DNA of 63,046 nucleotides, the filler included, from Squatina squatina (taxonomy: Eukaryota): the NCBI GenBank assembly GCA_031763465.1. It is 4 parts of 4 records of this genome, joined end to end, with 100 filler letters (N's around TTAATTAATTAA, not from the genome) between each part and the next. Parts side by side here need not be neighbours in the genome. Positions count along the whole stretch, not along the records: positions 49,646 to 63,046 come from JARFOE010000038.1; 3 more parts are not named here. One strand, written 5' to 3'. Shown here piece by piece: positions 60,061-63,046 of the stretch. Numbering within the stretch: the stretch's first letter is position 1; each line of letters begins with the position of its first letter. The notes below the pieces were generated by a model that worked only from the letters and a program-made list of their open reading frames with translations, made no database searches and had not been told where the DNA came from. Made by a program: the position numbers and the translations under genes.

Positions 60061-63046
60061 TTAGTTAAAAAAACTTTTGCTTGGCTTCCATAGACAGCGT
60101 GTGGGCGAGGACTGGCTTACTTCTGCTTTACGCAGGTTCTTTCTTCCCGTTTTAAGATTCTAAGTGTAACCGTGAATCTCGTTTCTCACGGGACTGGTGC
60201 TGCGCGCACGTCTGCAAAACTTTGCGGTCAGCAGCTGGGCTCACACGCCCACAAACTGGTAAATGCCGCTGGGCTGGGGCAAATGGGACTCCCATCCACG
60301 CACTCCTGCCCACTGCCGGGCACGTATGATCGTGCACTCAATCAAAGCTACCTTCCTGCAGAATTATTAACCCTCTGCGCCAGATAATGTCAACGAACTC
60401 CACGTTCAGTCAGAAACTCCCCCATGAGATGACCTTTACACCAGTTATTTAACGATATCTATAAATGACAAACAAAAGTGATTTTTTTTTAAAAAAGGGG
60501 AAAAAAAAATTGTTCAGAAGCTTCAAATCACTGAAGGAGAATTTTCTGGACACTGTTCTGTGAAAGTACGGCGATATTCTGAATAATTGTTATTCTGCAG
60601 GGTGTCACTGAACAACAGAATTACTGCACACTATACTTCTATATATTTTTAAATTCCCGTAATGAAGGGGAGGGAGGTGGAAAGGAGGGTGTGTGCGAGA
60701 CCCAGGAGACCGATGCCGGCTTGGTTTCCACTCCTGCGTCTGCCAGCCTAAGATTTTCCGCCCATCCCGGTGAAAAGGTGGAAGAATCAGGGGCTGCTGG
60801 CCGCATCAGAGGAAGGTCCCGTTTTAAATCTGTGCACCTCAGTATTAAACAGCACCACTAAATAAAGCAGCAGCGACAGTATGGCAGAGCTCGAGGTCCA
60901 CAAGCTGGCAGAAATCGCCCCACCGAGCACCTTGAACAGTTTGAACAAGTACTCGCGCTTTTTTCAAGACCCCCTGAGTATCCCAAGAAATGGCTTTGTC
61001 AAGATGGAACAAGTCAGACTGGTGAGGGGAAATGGGTAGAGAGAGAGAGAAAATAAATCGTGCTTATTTTAGGATCGTCTTGCTTACTTTCATTAAACAA
61101 TATTTTTTCTCTGCCTGAAAATAAAAAAACCTTTTAGCCATTTTCCTCAAGAATGATAGCATGGATCAGTCAGGGTGGGAATGCACAATGAATCGACGGA
61201 ACATTGAACACCCTTGTCCAGGCTGACTGGTCCCAGATCCACAGTGGATTCGTAAACAGCTTGCCTGAAGATTCAAGCAAGACCACAATTTTGATGCCAG
61301 GCAGCCTCGAGTGGCCATTTGCACTCCAGCTGTGTGCTTTGACAAAGTTTGCAAAGGGTCCTTGCATGTTGGGAAAGGATTGGTAGGAGGCTTAATGTCA
61401 GATTGGGTCAAACCACAAGCCACCCCACCACCCCCCTTCCCCACAACCCCCTCTCCTCCCAACCCACCCCAGGACGACAGGAACGGCTTTTGCCAGGTCA
61501 GACTGAATGCGGCATTAAGGTTTTGTGGGTGCATATCGTTTGTGACCCAAATATTCTAACTGAACTGCAATGAGGTATTACCATTTAAGTAGGTTTCTAG
61601 TTGTTAGACAGGATTGGAACTGGTGCAGCAAACAGACTGAAAAATCTAAATCTCAAGGTTGGACATTAGCTTTTTATTCCCTCTTTTTTTAATTAAAAAG
61701 TAACATTTCGGGAACTGGCTTTCCCCCTAAAAATTCCTGAGAACTTTCTTTAAATTTTAGGAGGAAAAAAGGTCATAATAGAAGCAAAACAAAAAGTAAA
61801 TGCAAATCAAACTCAAAACAAAACACCGTCAACTGCTCCCAGAGTTACTCATCTAAAAATACGAAAGATATATTTTTGGTCTTTTTTTTAAAAATCCTGT
61901 TTCGATGGAAGAACGGTTCAACGTTTTTTTAAATTTCAGACTTTTATATGCCTTGGAAAAAGAATTTCTAGGACTGTGCCAGCAATATTTGGAATCAAAT
62001 ACTTAAAAATCGATTATCGGAACAGTTTGTTCGAGTGACACGGGTTTTCGGAACACCAGCTCTCAAAGCAACACGTGAGCAAAGTGCGATGGAGAATGAG
62101 CAGCTTCCCTCCCCAATCCACCTCGTCTTGGATTAGTCGACATAATCGCTGCCTCGGTCAATGAAGCGGAGTAAAAATACTTGGCAGCTTTTGATGACTA
62201 TCATTATGATGTCCACCTGTTAGACAGGATCAGATACAGCGCTCAACAGTTCAGTATGCCATCCCTGTTCCGCCAGACTCAATCATCACCAGTCTATTCA
62301 AACTGGCCAACATTTCTTTTTTTTTTTTTAAAACGCAAGATTCTTCAAAATATTATATTCAATAATTCGACACAGCCCTAAAGGTTATGTAAACAGGACA
62401 AGGCCAAACACCTGGGCACCTCCCTAATATTCAGGATTAATATAACTCCTCAAAGTGCTGGAAGAGGACCAAGCACGCAGGAGTGAGGCGTGCACATGTC
62501 TGTATATATGTGTGAGTGAGACCGGGNNNNNNNNNNNNNCAAGGACACGGTAAATGCAAAGTGACCGTACCTCTGGATGGGAGGGGGAAAAAGGCGAAAG
62601 GGTTTCTACAGGTTGGTTAACTGGATACAATCCGAAGCTAGATTAAAGCAGCAATTTGTAATTACAGCCACTGTTGGTCACTTCACAGACGCGACACTGG
62701 TGTGGCTCCAACCCACGGTCTTCAGCAGGTGAAGACTTATGATGACAGACACCAAATTGCCTTCCCTTTCCTCCCACTGTACGTCATTGCTCGCTGCCCA
62801 TTCCCACGACCCCTCCCACCCCCGTACCCATCCTACACTGCTTTAACTTTTCGTGTATAAGAAAAATTCAACACTACAGCAAAACACAATGAGGACAATT
62901 TTAAAAAATTAAACAGAAAAAGGTGCAATACTTAGAACAACATTAACAATTTTCTTTTTATAGTTTCCTAAACAAGTCAATGCTTTTCTCACTAGGTTTC
63001 ACCCAAGCAGGTTTAAAACATGAAAGGGGGTGGGGGGGAATAAAAG

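Noticed and set aside
62590-62630. Minus-strand peptide YPVNQPVET resembling a missing OSCP1 exon (recalled human YSVNQPVET)
   Set aside because: There is no acceptor at the expected position, similarity stops after 9 residues, and it lies on a different scaffold. It is most likely chance, and TBLASTN with shark OSCP1 would confirm.
52075-63046. Expected POLR2F exons downstream of SOX10
   Set aside because: I looked for the POLR2F C-terminal peptide on the minus strand and did not see it, so it is not called.

Overview
This is vertebrate nuclear DNA, almost certainly from a cartilaginous fish (shark or ray). That is inferred from the repeats: a Deu-domain SacSINE1-like SINE, CR1 and L2 3' ends, Penelope elements and many PIF/Harbinger remnants. 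The window is not one locus. It is a gappy draft in which at least four unrelated scaffolds are joined by artificial 100-nt spacers (N44-TTAATTAATTAA-N44 at 19076-19175, 34385-34484 and 49546-49645), and each scaffold is further broken by N gaps of uncertain true size. Segment 1 holds THRAP3 (2 exons, minus strand), OSCP1 (5 exons, plus strand) and two exon-like pieces I cannot assign. Segment 2 holds an unassigned proline-rich terminal exon, RTCA (1 exon) and CDC14A (3 exons, one with a GC donor). Segment 3 holds ZFR exons 1-3 (minus), MYORG (plus), the NUDT2 3' end (minus) and KIF24 (3 exons, plus). Segment 4 holds a 49-bp satellite, the SOX10 last exon with its 3' UTR, and downstream intergenic DNA containing Penelope-derived inverted repeats with hammerhead-ribozyme motifs. 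Gene identities come from my recall of the human proteins plus splice-phase consistency, not from a database search. I see no convincing new multi-gene system. The best leads are three unassigned exon-like sequences, the hammerhead-bearing palindromic elements, a candidate H/ACA-like RNA in an OSCP1 intron, and several splicing or translation oddities. Most entries in the ORF track are artefacts of N runs, repeats or antisense frames.
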